Assembly: GCA_039818205.1 (NCBI GenBank)
Contig: JBCBUK010000003.1
Coordinates: 1-64,000 of the forward strand
Reading direction: 5' to 3'
Source: Verrucomicrobiota bacterium
GTDB taxonomy: Bacteria > Verrucomicrobiota > Verrucomicrobiia > Opitutales > Cerasicoccaceae
Length of the DNA: 64,000 nt
Part shown: positions 30,501-41,427 of the stretch, in pieces
Layout: every line of letters begins with the position of its first letter
Position numbering within the stretch: position 1 is the first letter of the stretch
Notes under the pieces: generated by a model
What the model was told of the DNA's origin: nothing
The model's database searches: none
Seen by the model: only the letters and a program-made list of their open reading frames with translations
Position numbers and translations under genes: made by a program

Positions 30501-31859
30501 ATGCGACTCGACCGATACATTTCTAAATCCCGTATCATTGATATTGTGAGCGGCGATTTCGAAGGAGCGCTCAAGGAACTGTTGGAGGTCTGCAAGTTAC
30601 CCGAGGAGGCTGGCATGACCAAAAAGCAGCTTCTGGGCGAGCTTATCGAACGTGAACAAACCATGACGACCTACCTGGGCAGTGGTATATGTTTGCCGCA
30701 TGTTCGGATTCCGATGAAGCGACCTTACCAGTTCGCGATTGGTCGCTGCCCTCGTGGTTTAGAGTTTGATGGTCACGAGGAGTATCGCGACATCCGTCTG
30801 GTCTTCTTGTTGCTCGCCTCGGAGAAAGAGAAGTCCTACCTGAATGTCCTCGCGTCGCTCGCGCGAACCTTTCAGGAGCCCGGCCTGGTCGACAAGCTTA
30901 CGAAGTCCCCAGACATCGAAGCCTTGCGGGAAGGGGTTGCTGAGGGCTTCGGCGGTGGTTCTGCCAAGCAAGGGACGAAGGATAACAAATTTAATCGGCT
31001 GATCCTGCGCGAGGCGGTCAAGGTGGCCAAGGGCTCGCAGAGTTCTGCGATCATGGTTTTTGGCGATACCTTTGTTGGCGGCGTGGATTTGACTGAGTCA
31101 TTCGGTGACACAAAAACGCTTTTGGTTACTCAGGCCGCCTCGGAGGTTTCCTACGACAACAACAAAGTGACTACAGTCATTCCGGCGCGGTCCTTCGGCA
31201 ATAGCCGCTTGTCGCAACTGCGCAGCGCGATGCTGATTGGGCTCACCCGAGGTATCATTAAGCACAACGAGCGCCTTTGCTGTGTGGGTGGCCTTCCGCA
31301 TAGTAATCAGTTTGACACCCTCGTTGTCGTTGATGTTGAGCGCGAGTTTCAGAGTGTTTTGACGCGGCAGACGGATATGTTGCCCAGTGCGGTTAAGCCG
31401 GAGGTCCTTGAGCGGGTCCTTGGCATTGCCACTGAGCTTTCGGTTGAAGGTCGAGAGGGTAAGCCGGTTGGATCATTGTTCATCCTTGGAGACTCCCAGC
31501 AAGTGAAGCCGCATACCAAACAGCTCGTTCTTAATCCGTTCTTTGGCTACGAAGAAGAAGAGCGAAATATTTTGAATCCGTTTATGGACGAAACGGTTAA
31601 GGAATTCTCCCTGCTCGACGGCGCCTTCATCATCCGTGGAGATGGTGTGCTGGAAGCCGCGGGCACCTTGATCCATGCTAATGAACTGCCTCAGCAACTT
31701 CCCAGCGGTCTGGGAACGCGTCACGCCGCCGCTGCTTCCATTTCGATGGCGACCGATTGCATCGCACTCGTGGTTTCCGCGAGTTCGGGGCAGGTGACAC
31801 TGTTTCGCCGCGGACAGATGCTGCCACTGATTGAGCGCAACGCCAGCCGAGAACTTTAG
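30501..31859 (+). CDS. PTS EIIA domain fused to a DacZ/CdaZ-type diadenylate cyclase
   Basis: EIIA (Ntr/Fru-type) motif GICLPHVR; DAC motifs EGREGKPVG, LDGAFII and GLGTRHAAA. Confidence 0.9.
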   Translation: MRLDRYISKSRIIDIVSGDFEGALKELLEVCKLPEEAGMTKKQLLGELIEREQTMTTYLGSGICLPHVRIPMKRPYQFAIGRCPRGLEFDGHEEYRDIRLVFLLLASEKEKSYLNVLASLARTFQEPGLVDKLTKSPDIEALREGVAEGFGGGSAKQGTKDNKFNRLILREAVKVAKGSQSSAIMVFGDTFVGGVDLTESFGDTKTLLVTQAASEVSYDNNKVTTVIPARSFGNSRLSQLRSAMLIGLTRGIIKHNERLCCVGGLPHSNQFDTLVVVDVEREFQSVLTRQTDMLPSAVKPEVLERVLGIATELSVEGREGKPVGSLFILGDSQQVKPHTKQLVLNPFFGYEEEERNILNPFMDETVKEFSLLDGAFIIRGDGVLEAAGTLIHANELPQQLPSGLGTRHAAAASISMATDCIALVVSASSGQVTLFRRGQMLPLIERNASREL

Positions 31860-31922
31860 CCACTACTTTTCATTCCGATATAATATATATTGCTGAAACC
31901 CTAACCCCGTTTAAATAGTCAA

Positions 31923-33326
31923 ATGAATATCTTGTTGCTTCGCCGACGGGCGCATTGCGTGATTGCGCTGTGCCTGACAGCTGCGTCGCCTACTGCTTTT
32001 TCCGCATATACCGAGTATTCCGCCACTGCTCACGAACGCCATCTCGAGATGGAGGAATACTTCGAGGACCACGCAGATATGACTCTGCCTGAAAGTTTCG
32101 ATGCCTGGTGGAACTATCGGTACATGCTTGGGGACGGAGCCGTCCGTGATGATCTAGCCCGTGAGGGCATAACCGTCTCCATGAAATTCGTTACCGATAG
32201 TCTCGGAAACGTATCTGGTGGACGAGACCAGGGTTTCACCTACACTGGATCGCTCGGCTTTGATGCGGAGGCTAGTTTGGAAAAACTCATTGGATTTAAA
32301 GGGTCCGACTTTTATGTGTCGGCCGTTTGGCGGTCTGGTTCAAGTCTGTCAAATAAGTATATCGGCAACGTTTTCCAAACGCAGCAGGTCTTCGGCGGAC
32401 AGAATTTGCGCTTATATGCCTTCAACTTGCGGCAGCGATTTATGGATGACCAGTTGGTGTTCCGGATTGGGCGGATTGCGCAAGGTGACGAGTTCTTGTC
32501 CCGGCCTATTTATTGGAGCTATGTGCAGAATGCCTTCGATGGAAACCCGGTTTCTATCTTTCTAAACTCACCCGTTTATGCCTATCCGAATTCAACTTGG
32601 GGCGCGTTTGTTCGCTTCAAGTCGAACAAGGATCCGTTCTACATCCAAGGGGGCGTCTATGGTGGTCGCAAGAGTCCACCGCAAAATCGAAACAGTGCAC
32701 ACGGCTTGGACTGGAGCTTTGACTATGAGGACGCCTATTTTATCGCCCAGGGCGGTTGGACGCCCGAGCTGGAGATTGGCGGGCAGTCGGGTTTGGCAGG
32801 AAATTATTCAATGGGTGGCTACTATGTGACCGGAGATCACGAGAAGCTGCTGCAGCCCGCGACTGTGGCGGGTGTCCCGCGCCGGGTCCGCATCAAAGAG
32901 GGTTTGTGGGGCTTGTATTGGATGGTCGATCAGATGGTCTATTCCAATGGCGTGAATTCCAAGGGGGCGAAGACGGGAATAACGCCTTGGTTTGTCGTGA
33001 GTCTTGCGCCCGACGAGGAGGTCAACCGTATGCCGTTTTCCTTCTATGGCGGTGTGCGATTCGATGCAGTGATCCCAAGCCGGCGGGATGACTTCCTGGC
33101 TCTGGGTTATGTCTACGGAAAATTTAGCGACGACCTGAATCAGTCACAGGCTCGTTCGGGAATACCGGCGCAAAACTTCGAGTCAGTGATCGAACTCACC
33201 TATATGATCCAGCTCAATCAGTGGCTTACTTTTCAGCCGGATATTCAATACATCATCAACCCTGGTGCCGCAGGGCGCTACGGTGATGCTGTTGTGCTGG
33301 GTTTCCAGTCCTCGGTGGAGTTCTAA
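31923..33326 (+). CDS. OprB family carbohydrate porin
   Basis: YPNSTWG, ELTY...FQPDIQYIINPG, terminal Phe. Confidence 0.9.
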   Translation: MNILLLRRRAHCVIALCLTAASPTAFSAYTEYSATAHERHLEMEEYFEDHADMTLPESFDAWWNYRYMLGDGAVRDDLAREGITVSMKFVTDSLGNVSGGRDQGFTYTGSLGFDAEASLEKLIGFKGSDFYVSAVWRSGSSLSNKYIGNVFQTQQVFGGQNLRLYAFNLRQRFMDDQLVFRIGRIAQGDEFLSRPIYWSYVQNAFDGNPVSIFLNSPVYAYPNSTWGAFVRFKSNKDPFYIQGGVYGGRKSPPQNRNSAHGLDWSFDYEDAYFIAQGGWTPELEIGGQSGLAGNYSMGGYYVTGDHEKLLQPATVAGVPRRVRIKEGLWGLYWMVDQMVYSNGVNSKGAKTGITPWFVVSLAPDEEVNRMPFSFYGGVRFDAVIPSRRDDFLALGYVYGKFSDDLNQSQARSGIPAQNFESVIELTYMIQLNQWLTFQPDIQYIINPGAAGRYGDAVVLGFQSSVEF

Positions 33327-33341
33327 TTGCCTGGCAGACGC

Positions 33342-34520
33342 TTACTCGTTTTCTTTAGCCCATCTTTTGTAGGCGTCAGACTCGACGAATTTTGCGTAGC
33401 TCGGGTCTTCCTCGAACTCGTAGTCATCGAAAGTAACAAAGTATTTATCGCCGATGATTTTGAGAGTCGCAACGGCATCGTCAAACTTGCCACCAGCGAT
33501 TTGGGATTCGCCGAGTGAGAAGTAGGCGTCGGAATAGTCGGGTTCAATCGCGATAGCGTTTTGGGCGCTCTTGATGGCGCCATCATAATCTTTCATTACC
33601 ATGCGAGTGTTGGTTTCGAGTGTCAGCAGGGCGGCATCCGGAACGCCACCGGAATACTTTTCAATCTGATTAAGGCATTTGAGGACGGAGTCGTAGTCCT
33701 CTTCAGCGAAGTAGACGTCCAACATCATCAAGGCCATTCCGGGCTCGTTACCAAAAAACTGCTTCAGGTCCTTGAGGGCTTTGGGGTATAGTTCGCCCTC
33801 CATATCGAGGGTGCCAATCTGGTAAGCCGCCAGGCAGGCACTCTTCTGGGAGCGAACCGTGTCATTGGCTTTCATGTATTTCTTTGTGAACGCATCGTAG
33901 TCGCCGGATCGTGCGTCATTGAGTAGGTCGACAAGGAGGTTTGCATTTTTGCCAAGGCCTTTTTCCTGACCCAGCAGCATCTTCGTTACCGACTGGTTGG
34001 GCGTGGCAAATGCGGCTAGATTACGAATGCTGGTCGTGTAGGGCTCGCCAGCATGCAGTTGATACATGTCGACGATTTTCAGCTTGCCGGCTTTATTCGG
34101 GCGAATGAACAAGTCGAGGTAGTTAAGGCCAGAGTCGCCGTCGATGCGGACTAGGGCATTGTAGCCTTTGCCAAACTTGCGCCAGCGGATGAGCTTGGCT
34201 GTGCTGTCGGCCGGGAAGTTGGCCAAGAACATTTCGCCGAAATCTTCCTGGGACTGGAGGAAGCCGACTTTGAAACCCCTGCGAAATCCATCACCTTCGG
34301 GAAGACCGTCGAGAGCGGTGTCGATGATTGCTTCGAGATCGATGTCTTCATGGATGGTCTCGCTATTGCCGTAGTTGAAGCTATCAACGAAATTCTCACT
34401 GACCGCGAGGTATTCGGCAGAGGGCTCGGAGACCTTGTCCTCGTCGGCCATTGCTGACAGCTGGCCAAGGATAATCGAGAGGGCGAGGAAAAGGAATGGG
34501 CGTGGGTTGAGTGTATTCAT
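33342..34520 (-). CDS. Secreted TPR-repeat protein
   Basis: Signal peptide; C-terminal TPR (AIKSAQNAIAIEPDYSDAYFSLG). Confidence 0.8.
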   Translation of the reverse strand: MNTLNPRPFLFLALSIILGQLSAMADEDKVSEPSAEYLAVSENFVDSFNYGNSETIHEDIDLEAIIDTALDGLPEGDGFRRGFKVGFLQSQEDFGEMFLANFPADSTAKLIRWRKFGKGYNALVRIDGDSGLNYLDLFIRPNKAGKLKIVDMYQLHAGEPYTTSIRNLAAFATPNQSVTKMLLGQEKGLGKNANLLVDLLNDARSGDYDAFTKKYMKANDTVRSQKSACLAAYQIGTLDMEGELYPKALKDLKQFFGNEPGMALMMLDVYFAEEDYDSVLKCLNQIEKYSGGVPDAALLTLETNTRMVMKDYDGAIKSAQNAIAIEPDYSDAYFSLGESQIAGGKFDDAVATLKIIGDKYFVTFDDYEFEEDPSYAKFVESDAYKRWAKENE

Positions 34521-34620
34521 GGTAGATACCGGAATTTCAGATTCTTTAAGACGCTGTATCAAGGTTGAAATTGTCGGTAACCCTATTTAGTAGACCGAGT
34601 CATTGACGCTGGTTGGGGAC

Positions 34621-34647
34621 AAAAAAAGCGCCCCTAAGTAGGGGCGC
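34621..34647 (-). terminator. Rho-independent terminator after glnII
   Basis: Minus strand GCGCCCCT-ACTT-AGGGGCGC-TTTTTTT. Confidence 0.88.
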
Positions 34648-34675
34648 CGGAAAAGAGTCAACTGTCGCTGAGGTC

Positions 34676-35698
<1,023 letters not shown>

Positions 35699-35793
35699 AG
35701 TGTGTGTTTTTGTTTTAAGATATGGCAGTGAAGCCGCCCGGAAGAACGGCGGGTCCTGACTATCGGGTTTTTAGATGAAAAGGCACGCAGAAA

Positions 35794-35810
35794 AGCACCT
35801 CATGTGCCAA
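35794..35810 (-). promoter_or_regulatory. Sigma54 (-24/-12) promoter for glnII
   Basis: Minus strand TTGGCAC-ATGAG-GTGCT with exact GG-N10-GC spacing. Confidence 0.75.
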
Positions 35811-36044
35811 ATAAGTAATTTTTCCAGATCGTAGCGCCATATTGCCACACTTTGACTAAAATTGCACAGCAATCATGCGGTCTATGAATGAAATTCATCA
35901 ACAGACTTAGCCAAACGCTCCAAATTGGCAATTCCTGAACGATTCTCAAAGGGGGGCAAACGATTGTGACGGGACTTTTGAGTTCCTATATAGGCCAATC
36001 AGATGTATGCAGTTCGCCTAATCTTTGCATCTCAATCTGTGACT

Positions 36045-36533
36045 ATGAAAAAAAACTCGTCCGAGCCATCCGATGAGAAATCTCAACGTTCTTCTTCGAA
36101 AAAGTTAATTTTTTGGAGATGGTTTTGGCTAGGCTTCCTCGCCATATCGCTGGGGTATGCGTGGCATTCGTTTTATGTTCCGCCTTACGAAATGGATTGG
36201 GTCGAGGACGTGACCGCAGCCAACGATTTGGCGACCAAATCGGACAAAAATGTCATGCTCTTTTTCACGGCGAAATGGTGCGCGCCCTGCCGTATTATGA
36301 AGCGGGAGGTATTTGCTGACGATGAAGTGCAGAGCTTGATCAGAGCGGAGATCGTTCCGGTCATGATCTACACTGATTCTCCTGGAGGGGAGGACCTGAT
36401 TGATCAGTATCGAATTGGAACGACACCGGTCACCATATTTACCGACGGCCAAGGCAATGTCCTCGACTACGCGGTTGGCGGTGTAAGCAAGCCGGATTTT
36501 TTGGCGTTGCTGGGCCGGGTCGCGGCTCGTTGA
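36045..36533 (+). CDS. Membrane-anchored thioredoxin family protein
   Basis: N-terminal TM helix; FTAKWCAPC. Confidence 0.88.
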   Translation: MKKNSSEPSDEKSQRSSSKKLIFWRWFWLGFLAISLGYAWHSFYVPPYEMDWVEDVTAANDLATKSDKNVMLFFTAKWCAPCRIMKREVFADDEVQSLIRAEIVPVMIYTDSPGGEDLIDQYRIGTTPVTIFTDGQGNVLDYAVGGVSKPDFLALLGRVAAR

Positions 36534-36541
36534 TATCTGGA

Positions 36542-37345
36542 CTAGTGGGTGGAGAGCTCGTATTCCTCGCCAACACCGGAGGCGGGGTCGAATACGTCGA
36601 TGCGAAGGTTGTGGCAACCGTTGCGCAGTGGCGCGAATTGCTGATCGACGAGTTCCGGAGAGTTACAGTCCTTGCTCAAGTGGGCGAGGCAGACTTGGCG
36701 CCAACGAGGGCGTTCAGCTTGTGCTAAAAACTCAAAGGCCGCGTCGTTTGAGAGGTGCCCGTGACGGCCACGAATCCGCTGTTTCGTGCTCCAAGGCCGT
36801 TTTTCGCATTGCTCGAGGAGCTCTAGGTCGTGATTTGCCTCCAATACTAAAAGGTCGCAATCCCGAACCTTTTCCTGAACGAGGTTAGAGGCGTAGCCGA
36901 GGTCCGTTAGCCAAGCGACTTTTCGGTAGGGGTTGAACAGGCTTCCATCGCCCGACTCAAATACATAGCCAACGGGATCGTGGGCGTCATGCGGTATCGA
37001 GAACGGCGAGATTTGCAGGTCGGCAAATTGAAAATTTCGCCCGGTCTCGAATAGGCCCCACCTAACTTGGCGATTTAATTTGGACTGGGCGGCGCGGGCC
37101 GTATCCCGGTTGGCAAAGACTTTGACCTTGGGTAAGCGGCTAATTGCTTTGAGCCCGGCGGTGTGGTCGCCGTGTTCATGGGTGATGAAAACGGCATCGA
37201 TAGAATCCAGACTCTCGCCAACAGAAGACAGCATTTCACGCAGTCGCCGCCCGGAGAATCCGGCGTCAACGAGCACCTTACAATGCGGCGTGGTCAGGAG
37301 TGCCGCGTTCCCCGAACTACTGCTGCCCAGAATGCGGAAACGCAT
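36542..37345 (-). CDS. MBL-fold metallo-hydrolase, YycJ/WalJ-like
   Basis: GSSSSGN, THEHGDH, PHDA, EANHD, GHLSN and HLS motifs. Confidence 0.92.
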   Translation of the reverse strand: MRFRILGSSSSGNAALLTTPHCKVLVDAGFSGRRLREMLSSVGESLDSIDAVFITHEHGDHTAGLKAISRLPKVKVFANRDTARAAQSKLNRQVRWGLFETGRNFQFADLQISPFSIPHDAHDPVGYVFESGDGSLFNPYRKVAWLTDLGYASNLVQEKVRDCDLLVLEANHDLELLEQCEKRPWSTKQRIRGRHGHLSNDAAFEFLAQAERPRWRQVCLAHLSKDCNSPELVDQQFAPLRNGCHNLRIDVFDPASGVGEEYELSTH

Positions 37346-37534
37346 GGATGGAGCATGGAGTTGCGTTGATTCCGATCAAGCAAGAATCTCTTGGTAGGGT
37401 GGAATAATTTCTGCACGGCGGCGCGGATTGGAGGCGCTCAATTGCGATTCGTGGCGCAAATTATCAAAATTTATGCGCTGGGTCGCCTAGATTTTTTGAA
37501 TGCGTCTTGGTATCCTTTCGGTGCTATGGGGTAA

Positions 37535-37550
37535 ATTGGATTAATCCAAT
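37535..37550. promoter_or_regulatory. Perfect 16-bp palindrome, candidate operator
   Basis: ATTGGATTAATCCAAT. Confidence 0.45.
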
Positions 37551-37606
37551 CTTAGTCTATTGGTAACTGAAGTATTCTAGGGGGGTATCTCGGGATGAGA
37601 TACCGG

Positions 37607-37637
37607 AAAAAACCGCCGGGTGTAGCCCGGCGGTTTT
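37607..37637 (-). terminator. Terminator after the nitroreductase gene, potentially bidirectional
   Basis: AAAACCGCCGGG-TGTAG-CCCGGCGGTTTT. Confidence 0.85.
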
Positions 37638-37672
37638 ACTTTGTGCAATTGTTTTCCAGTAGCCGGGTTTCC

Positions 37673-38275
37673 CTAGAAGGAGTTCTCGATCACGACTTCG
37701 TCGTATGGCAATTGACCGGGCTTCGGCCATGGGTCTTTGGTACCTTTACCAACGGCGATCATGAAGGAGATGACGTGGTCGCTTGGCAGATTGATAATCT
37801 CCGCGACTTTTTCAAAATCGAAGCCATCCATTGGGCAGGATTCATAACCCATGGCTTTGGCGGCGAGCATGATGGTATTTCCCGCTAGGCCGCAACTACG
37901 CATGCATTCGTCGCGCTGGACCTGGTCCTTGCCGTTGTAGTAGTCGTGGATGGCCGGAAGCATGAATTCTTGGACTGCCGATGGGGCATCTTTCCAATAG
38001 CGAACCGGTTGTTTCTCCCATGCTTTGGTATCAGCGCACATGATGATCAGCAGCGAGGCGTCCGTTACCTGAGCCTGGTCCCAGGCGACGTCCCGAATCT
38101 TTTGACGAACCTCGGGGTCTTTGACGACCAGGAAGCGCCAATGTTGGAGGTTGAAGGCAGTTGGAGCCTGCATAGCGGCGGTCATCAGCTGCTTCTCTTC
38201 TTCCTCGGTGAGGCGGTGTTCTGGGTCGTAGTGCTTTACGGCACGGCGGGTATTGATCGCGTCTAGAGTATTCAT
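37673..38275 (-). CDS. Nitroreductase family protein
   Basis: RRAVKHY, APTAFNLQHWRF and CPMDGFD motifs. Confidence 0.93.
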   Translation of the reverse strand: MNTLDAINTRRAVKHYDPEHRLTEEEEKQLMTAAMQAPTAFNLQHWRFLVVKDPEVRQKIRDVAWDQAQVTDASLLIIMCADTKAWEKQPVRYWKDAPSAVQEFMLPAIHDYYNGKDQVQRDECMRSCGLAGNTIMLAAKAMGYESCPMDGFDFEKVAEIINLPSDHVISFMIAVGKGTKDPWPKPGQLPYDEVVIENSF

Positions 38276-38362
38276 GAAGGTTAGCTAAATTCGATTTATC
38301 TCGACGTCAAGTTATTGGGTTAATGTTTGTGTTACTTTCTTGTGAGCAGCGGATCTACCGAC

Positions 38363-38395
38363 AAAAGAATGCTCAGCGGTTGCTGAGCATTCTTT
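38363..38395 (-). terminator. Terminator after the carbonic anhydrase gene
   Basis: AAAGAATGCTCAGC-GGTT-GCTGAGCATTCTTT. Confidence 0.85.
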
Positions 38396-38454
38396 CAATT
38401 ACTGACTTCGAACCGAACGAAGAGATCAGTTGAAACGCTGGCGAGATCCAATAG

Positions 38455-39135
38455 TTACTTAACGATGGTTACAGCGCCGTCATCGAGGGAGTACATTGTG
38501 CCGACGATCATGATATCACCGTTCTTCTCCATTTCGGCGATGATTGGGCTGATCTCCCGAATGTCGTCGATGGTGTTGAGGACATTGGCCCGGATCACTG
38601 CATCGACGTATTTTGCGTTCTTCGAGGAGCGACTACCGTACTCGGTGCCGACGGATTCGATGGCTGGGTCAATCTTGTCCAAAAGCTGGGTCAAGTTGCC
38701 GAGCTCAACATCATCGATGGCACCTTTGACGGCACCGCAGGATTCGTGGCCCATGACCATGATCAGCTTGGAGCCTGCGACTTTGGTGGCAAATTCAAGG
38801 CTGCCCACCATGTCCCTGTCTTCAACGTTGCCAGCGACCCGGCCGACGAAAATGTCACCGATACCCTGGTCAAACACCAGCTCGACAGGAACTCGTGAGT
38901 CCAAGCAGGACACGACCACGGCAATGGGGTATTGTCCGGTGGATGTTTCTTCGGCTTCGTTCAACAAGTCGCGATGCGTTCCATGACCGTTTTGAAAGCG
39001 TTCATTGCCCTCCATCAGTTCTTCGAGAACTTGGGCTGGCGTCATTGACTTCTGTTCTCCAAGAGAACGGGCGTGTGCTTGGGTAGCGACGCCGGCAATT
39101 AAAGTTACTATAGCTAGGATGGTGAGTTTTTTCAT
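38455..39135 (-). CDS. Beta-class carbonic anhydrase with signal peptide
   Basis: CLDSRV and GHESCGAV zinc motifs; MKKLTILAIV... signal peptide. Confidence 0.93.
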   Translation of the reverse strand: MKKLTILAIVTLIAGVATQAHARSLGEQKSMTPAQVLEELMEGNERFQNGHGTHRDLLNEAEETSTGQYPIAVVVSCLDSRVPVELVFDQGIGDIFVGRVAGNVEDRDMVGSLEFATKVAGSKLIMVMGHESCGAVKGAIDDVELGNLTQLLDKIDPAIESVGTEYGSRSSKNAKYVDAVIRANVLNTIDDIREISPIIAEMEKNGDIMIVGTMYSLDDGAVTIVK

Positions 39136-39309
39136 ATCGCGGTAAGAAAAAACGGAAATCACGGAGTCTCAACCGGTCGCACGCGATTTTAAGATTTGTC
39201 TGCTACCGTTTGCGATAGTTAACAAATTGGAATAGGTCGACGCAGATTGCCGGATCTCGGGAGATTCGGATAACTCTTGGCTTCACGGCGAGTCAACAAC
39301 CACGCGAGA

Positions 39310-40656
39310 CTAGCTAGTCTGCTCTTGCTCCTTCTTTTCGGCGCGCCCGGCGATTGCAAGAAAGGTGCCTCCCACGATGAAGAGCAGGGCGACGGAGCTC
39401 ATGCCGAGGCGAGTCGAAAACGTTGGGTCTTCTGGGTTGTTGAAAACTCGGGCGACGGTTCCAGCCAGGGCGGGACCCATCACGGCCGCGCTCTTGCCGA
39501 TCATGCTATAGAAACCAAAGAAGGAGACTTCGCGTCCGGCTGGGATCAGGGTCGTAAAGTAACTGCGTGAAAGCGCCTGGGTACCTCCTTGGACCATCCC
39601 GATTAAAGCCGCGAGTATGAACATTTCCGATAGCTCGAATCCAAAGATGTAAACAGGTTTGGTGCTGAGGAATGCGCCGTAGGTGGTCACGCACATGTAA
39701 AGAACGATTGCGACAAAGATGATTCGGCGGGGTCCAAATTTCCCTCCAAGCCAACCGAACAGGATCGCACAGGGGACCCCAAAAACCTGAACGATAAAAA
39801 AGGCGGAAATGATTTGGCTGTCAGTGAAGCCGATCGTCGTTCCGTAGTTCGAAGCGGTCATAATGATCGTGTTGACGCCGTCGATGTAGAACAGATAGGC
39901 CACGAGGAACCACACTATTCCCTGATAGCCGAGGATCTCCTTCAGCGTTTGCCACGTGTCTTTGGCGCCGATCACGATCATCGCGCCCAGCGGCGGCCGG
40001 TCCGGACGCGGTTTCTCTTTGATGTTCAGCGCCAGCGGTATGGTGAACGCGGCCCACCAAAATGCTGCGACCAGAAACATCAAACGGCTACCTGCTAAGG
40101 CGTCATCGAGGCCTAGGCTCGCGTATTTTGTCGTCGCAAAAAGAGTGATCAATAGCAGGACGAATCCAGCGGCATAACCGAATGAGAATCCAAGTCCGCT
40201 AACGAAGTGCCGCTTCTCGGGCGTCGACACCGTCGCGAGCATGGAATCGAAAAAGATGTTGCTGGAGTAAAAGCCGATCGTGCCAACGATGTAGATCAAG
40301 CTGGCGAGCATGTATTGGCCTTCGCTCACGAAATAGCAACCTGCCGTCGCAATGATTCCAATTGCGGCGAAGTTGATCAGGAGCTTTTTGCGTAAGCCAC
40401 CAAGCTCGCCAATGCTTCCGAGAAAAGGCGCCAGCACGGCGACGCTAAAACTCGCGATGGCAACCGTCATGTTGAACCAAAACGTTTGGCGATCGTCCGT
40501 CAGGTGGGATCCAAAGAAGCTGTTGTAGAGCCGCGGAAAGATGAGTGCGAGGACGACCATCGCGTAGCCCGTGTTTGCCCAGTCATAGAAAGCCCAGGAA
40601 ATGGTTTCCTTGAGCTTGGGTTGGCGTGGTTTCGAGCTTAGTGGCGCGTCACTCAT
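39310..40656 (-). CDS. MFS transporter, UMF1/Atg22-like
   Basis: WAFYDWAN, YIDGVNT, GGTQALSRS and FFGFYSMIGK motifs. Confidence 0.9.
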   Translation of the reverse strand: MSDAPLSSKPRQPKLKETISWAFYDWANTGYAMVVLALIFPRLYNSFFGSHLTDDRQTFWFNMTVAIASFSVAVLAPFLGSIGELGGLRKKLLINFAAIGIIATAGCYFVSEGQYMLASLIYIVGTIGFYSSNIFFDSMLATVSTPEKRHFVSGLGFSFGYAAGFVLLLITLFATTKYASLGLDDALAGSRLMFLVAAFWWAAFTIPLALNIKEKPRPDRPPLGAMIVIGAKDTWQTLKEILGYQGIVWFLVAYLFYIDGVNTIIMTASNYGTTIGFTDSQIISAFFIVQVFGVPCAILFGWLGGKFGPRRIIFVAIVLYMCVTTYGAFLSTKPVYIFGFELSEMFILAALIGMVQGGTQALSRSYFTTLIPAGREVSFFGFYSMIGKSAAVMGPALAGTVARVFNNPEDPTFSTRLGMSSVALLFIVGGTFLAIAGRAEKKEQEQTS

Positions 40657-40740
40657 AGGTGCAGATGGGAGCGATGCTGACGCAGGCTACTCGTGGTCGC
40701 CAGCTTAAAACCAAGGTCTCGATCGGCATTACTTGGGGCG

Positions 40741-41427
40741 TCAAAGCTCCTCTTCTTCGATGATTTCGACACCCTTTTCTGCGATTGTTAGTCCGACCAG
40801 TCGGCCAATGAAAACCGCAACATACAAGACCCCAGATAGTGCGGTCATGATTGCAACAATTCGCGCGGAGTTGCTGACCGGAACAATGTCTCCATAGCCC
40901 AGCGTGGTGAGCGTGACAAAGCTGAAGTAGAGGAAGTCGACTGGAGTGCTGACACCGTTTTGGTCAAAGCCATTGCTGATCTGAATGCTGCCCGGTTGCG
41001 CCATTTCAATGAAGGCGAATACGACCGCCCAATTGACCCCCATGAGCAGGTAGACCGCGATGCCGCCGCAGACGACGTCGTCGTCAATCACCTTGGCTCG
41101 CAACACCGATTTCAAAATTGATACGTTAATGAAGACGTAAAAGGTGAGCTGAAAGGGCAGGGCATAAATGTAGTCGAACTGCCCAATAGTCGCTGCGGCA
41201 CCAACCGCATAGCCCACCACTCCGAGAATAGCCGCAACGATGAGCGTGCGCCGGTGAAACGCGACTGCGCGTAAGCTGAGCACAAGCGTGACGATTGTCA
41301 GAAAGCCCAAGATGGAGTGGCCCCAGTCATCTTCTGCCAGAATCGGTAGGACAAAGATCATTCCCATGAGCGCGCATAGCAACATGAAGTAGGCATGCTT
41401 TCGGGGCTTTCGCGCTTGTTCCATCAT
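40741..41427 (-). CDS. Potassium channel family protein
   Basis: YFSFVTLTTLGYGDIVP selectivity filter. Confidence 0.9.
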   Translation of the reverse strand: MMEQARKPRKHAYFMLLCALMGMIFVLPILAEDDWGHSILGFLTIVTLVLSLRAVAFHRRTLIVAAILGVVGYAVGAAATIGQFDYIYALPFQLTFYVFINVSILKSVLRAKVIDDDVVCGGIAVYLLMGVNWAVVFAFIEMAQPGSIQISNGFDQNGVSTPVDFLYFSFVTLTTLGYGDIVPVSNSARIVAIMTALSGVLYVAVFIGRLVGLTIAEKGVEIIEEEEL

